Source: Tubiluchus corallicola (taxonomy: Eukaryota > Animalia > Priapulida). Taken from it: DNA of 64,000 nucleotides. Shown here piece by piece: positions 62,987 through 64,000 of the stretch. Below the pieces are notes generated by a model. It did not search any database, was not told the DNA's origin, and was given only the letters and a program-made list of their open reading frames with translations. The stretch covers positions 1,972-65,971 of the forward strand of contig JAQGDQ010000069.1 of assembly GCA_030141605.1 (NCBI GenBank), given 5' to 3'. A program made the translations under genes and the position numbers. Within the stretch, counting starts at the first letter, position 1. Each line of letters opens with the position of its first letter.

Positions 62987-64000
62987 TTACGTTTCCATAC
63001 TGGACTCGGGTGCCTTCAACTGCGATTGCTCGACAGACGGCAGCTCCTTTGTTCCAGTGGCAACGTCGGGGGTTTTTCCACCCTCGGTACTCACTTCTGG
63101 ACCCTTATCCACCGTTTGAACAGGTGTTTCCGGTTCCTTGGCTTTCCCTTGGTTTTTCTTTTTCTTTTTGGACTGGAACGTGACTCGTTTGCATCCGGCG
63201 TACGGAGCAAACTCCAGTCGTTCCAGACCTGACAGGGACGGTTCCCAGACCGCTACTACGTGTAGCATTCCGCCGACCCCTTTTGACCCACCGCGGACCT
63301 CCATGTGCTTCCGTTGGAGTTCCGAATTACATTGGTCCCAGAGGGTCTTCTCCCGCATCCTTTTTTGTAATTTTAAGGTGTTGGCCGCCGGAATTCACAG
63401 CCTTGGCGTATGAGGCCTTACTGCTTCCTTCTGTGCCTTCACCCTTTTGACCTTCCTCTCCCTTACGCCCCGCTTGCCCGGAGTCACCCCGGGGTCGCTT
63501 CACGTTCGAGATCGGACTTGGAGTTGAGAGAGCGCTGCTCGTTCTCTTTTTCACCACCGATGGGTTAGGAGTGGGAGCCTCCTCCTGATTGGCGATCGAC
63601 ATAGCCGACACACCTTTCAGAAGTCGTCTCTTTTCCTTCTTCCGCCGGATTTTTTCATGATTTTTCCCCATCGGTTTCGATTCCTCGGGCTTGCTGGGCT
63701 CATTTGGAGCACCAGGATTCCGGGTATCTACTCCTTCTGGGGCAGGTACGGTGTTCAGAGTATACTCTGACAACGCCGAACCTTTACTGGTCTTTGTAGT
63801 CCATGGATTCCCTTTTTCAGAGACTTGCATGTCCTCAGTTTTCGTTTCTTCCAAGAACTCCGTAATTTTCGGCTGTTCTGGTTTCAAATCTGGTTCACGG
63901 GAAGATCCGGCTTTCACCGGCTTGTTCCCTGCAGCTTCGTTTAAATTTTGATGACGGGAAGATCCGGCTTTCACCGGCTTGTTCCCAGCAGGTTTTAATT
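62987..64000 (-). pseudogene. LINE ORF1 (gag-like), frame-broken and probably internally deleted; 57-bp tandem repeat at the N-terminal side
   Basis: Overlapping ORFs 63327..63974 (K/R-rich, STP, SYAKAV) and 62987..63358; stop 12 nt before the ORF2 ATG. acgggaagatccggctttcaccggcttgttccc at 63897 and 63954. Confidence 0.7.

Larger units (their letters stand above)
59044..64000 (-). mobile_element. LOA/R1-group non-LTR retrotransposon (ORF1 + APE-RT-RNase H-CCHC ORF2); 5' end outside the window
   Basis: GC-richer block with sharp boundary at ~59044; two-ORF layout; structured 3'UTR at 59044-59177. Confidence 0.92.

Noticed and set aside
59842-63951. Multiple plus-strand ORFs up to 186 aa
   Set aside because: Antisense shadows of the GC-richer LINE ORFs.

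Overview
AT-rich eukaryotic (invertebrate animal-like) genomic DNA with GT-AG introns. Five protein-coding genes could be reconstructed by hand with consistent exon phases: PM20D1-like M20 amidohydrolase (minus, 10 exons, 512 aa), ING3 (minus, 12 exons, 400 aa), AMT/glycine cleavage T protein (plus, 9 exons, 403 aa), a short CFAP276/C1orf194-like ciliary gene with RFX X-boxes (plus, 4 exons, 140 aa), and a ~1166-aa Egalitarian-like protein (minus). The last has seven Egl-type winged-helix repeats, three cold-shock/OB-like domains, a C-terminal LC8-type QT motif and no recognisable 3'-5' exonuclease domain; it is the strongest candidate for an undescribed system (a variant dynein/RNA cargo adaptor). 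The right end holds a young but disabled LOA/R1-type LINE abutting an older LINE tail. Introns contain hAT derivatives (two with 5-bp TSDs), a pogo-like element, CR1-type LINE relics, three minisatellites, a multi-inversion foldback and an orphan K2P channel exon. All homology calls come from recalled motifs, not database searches.
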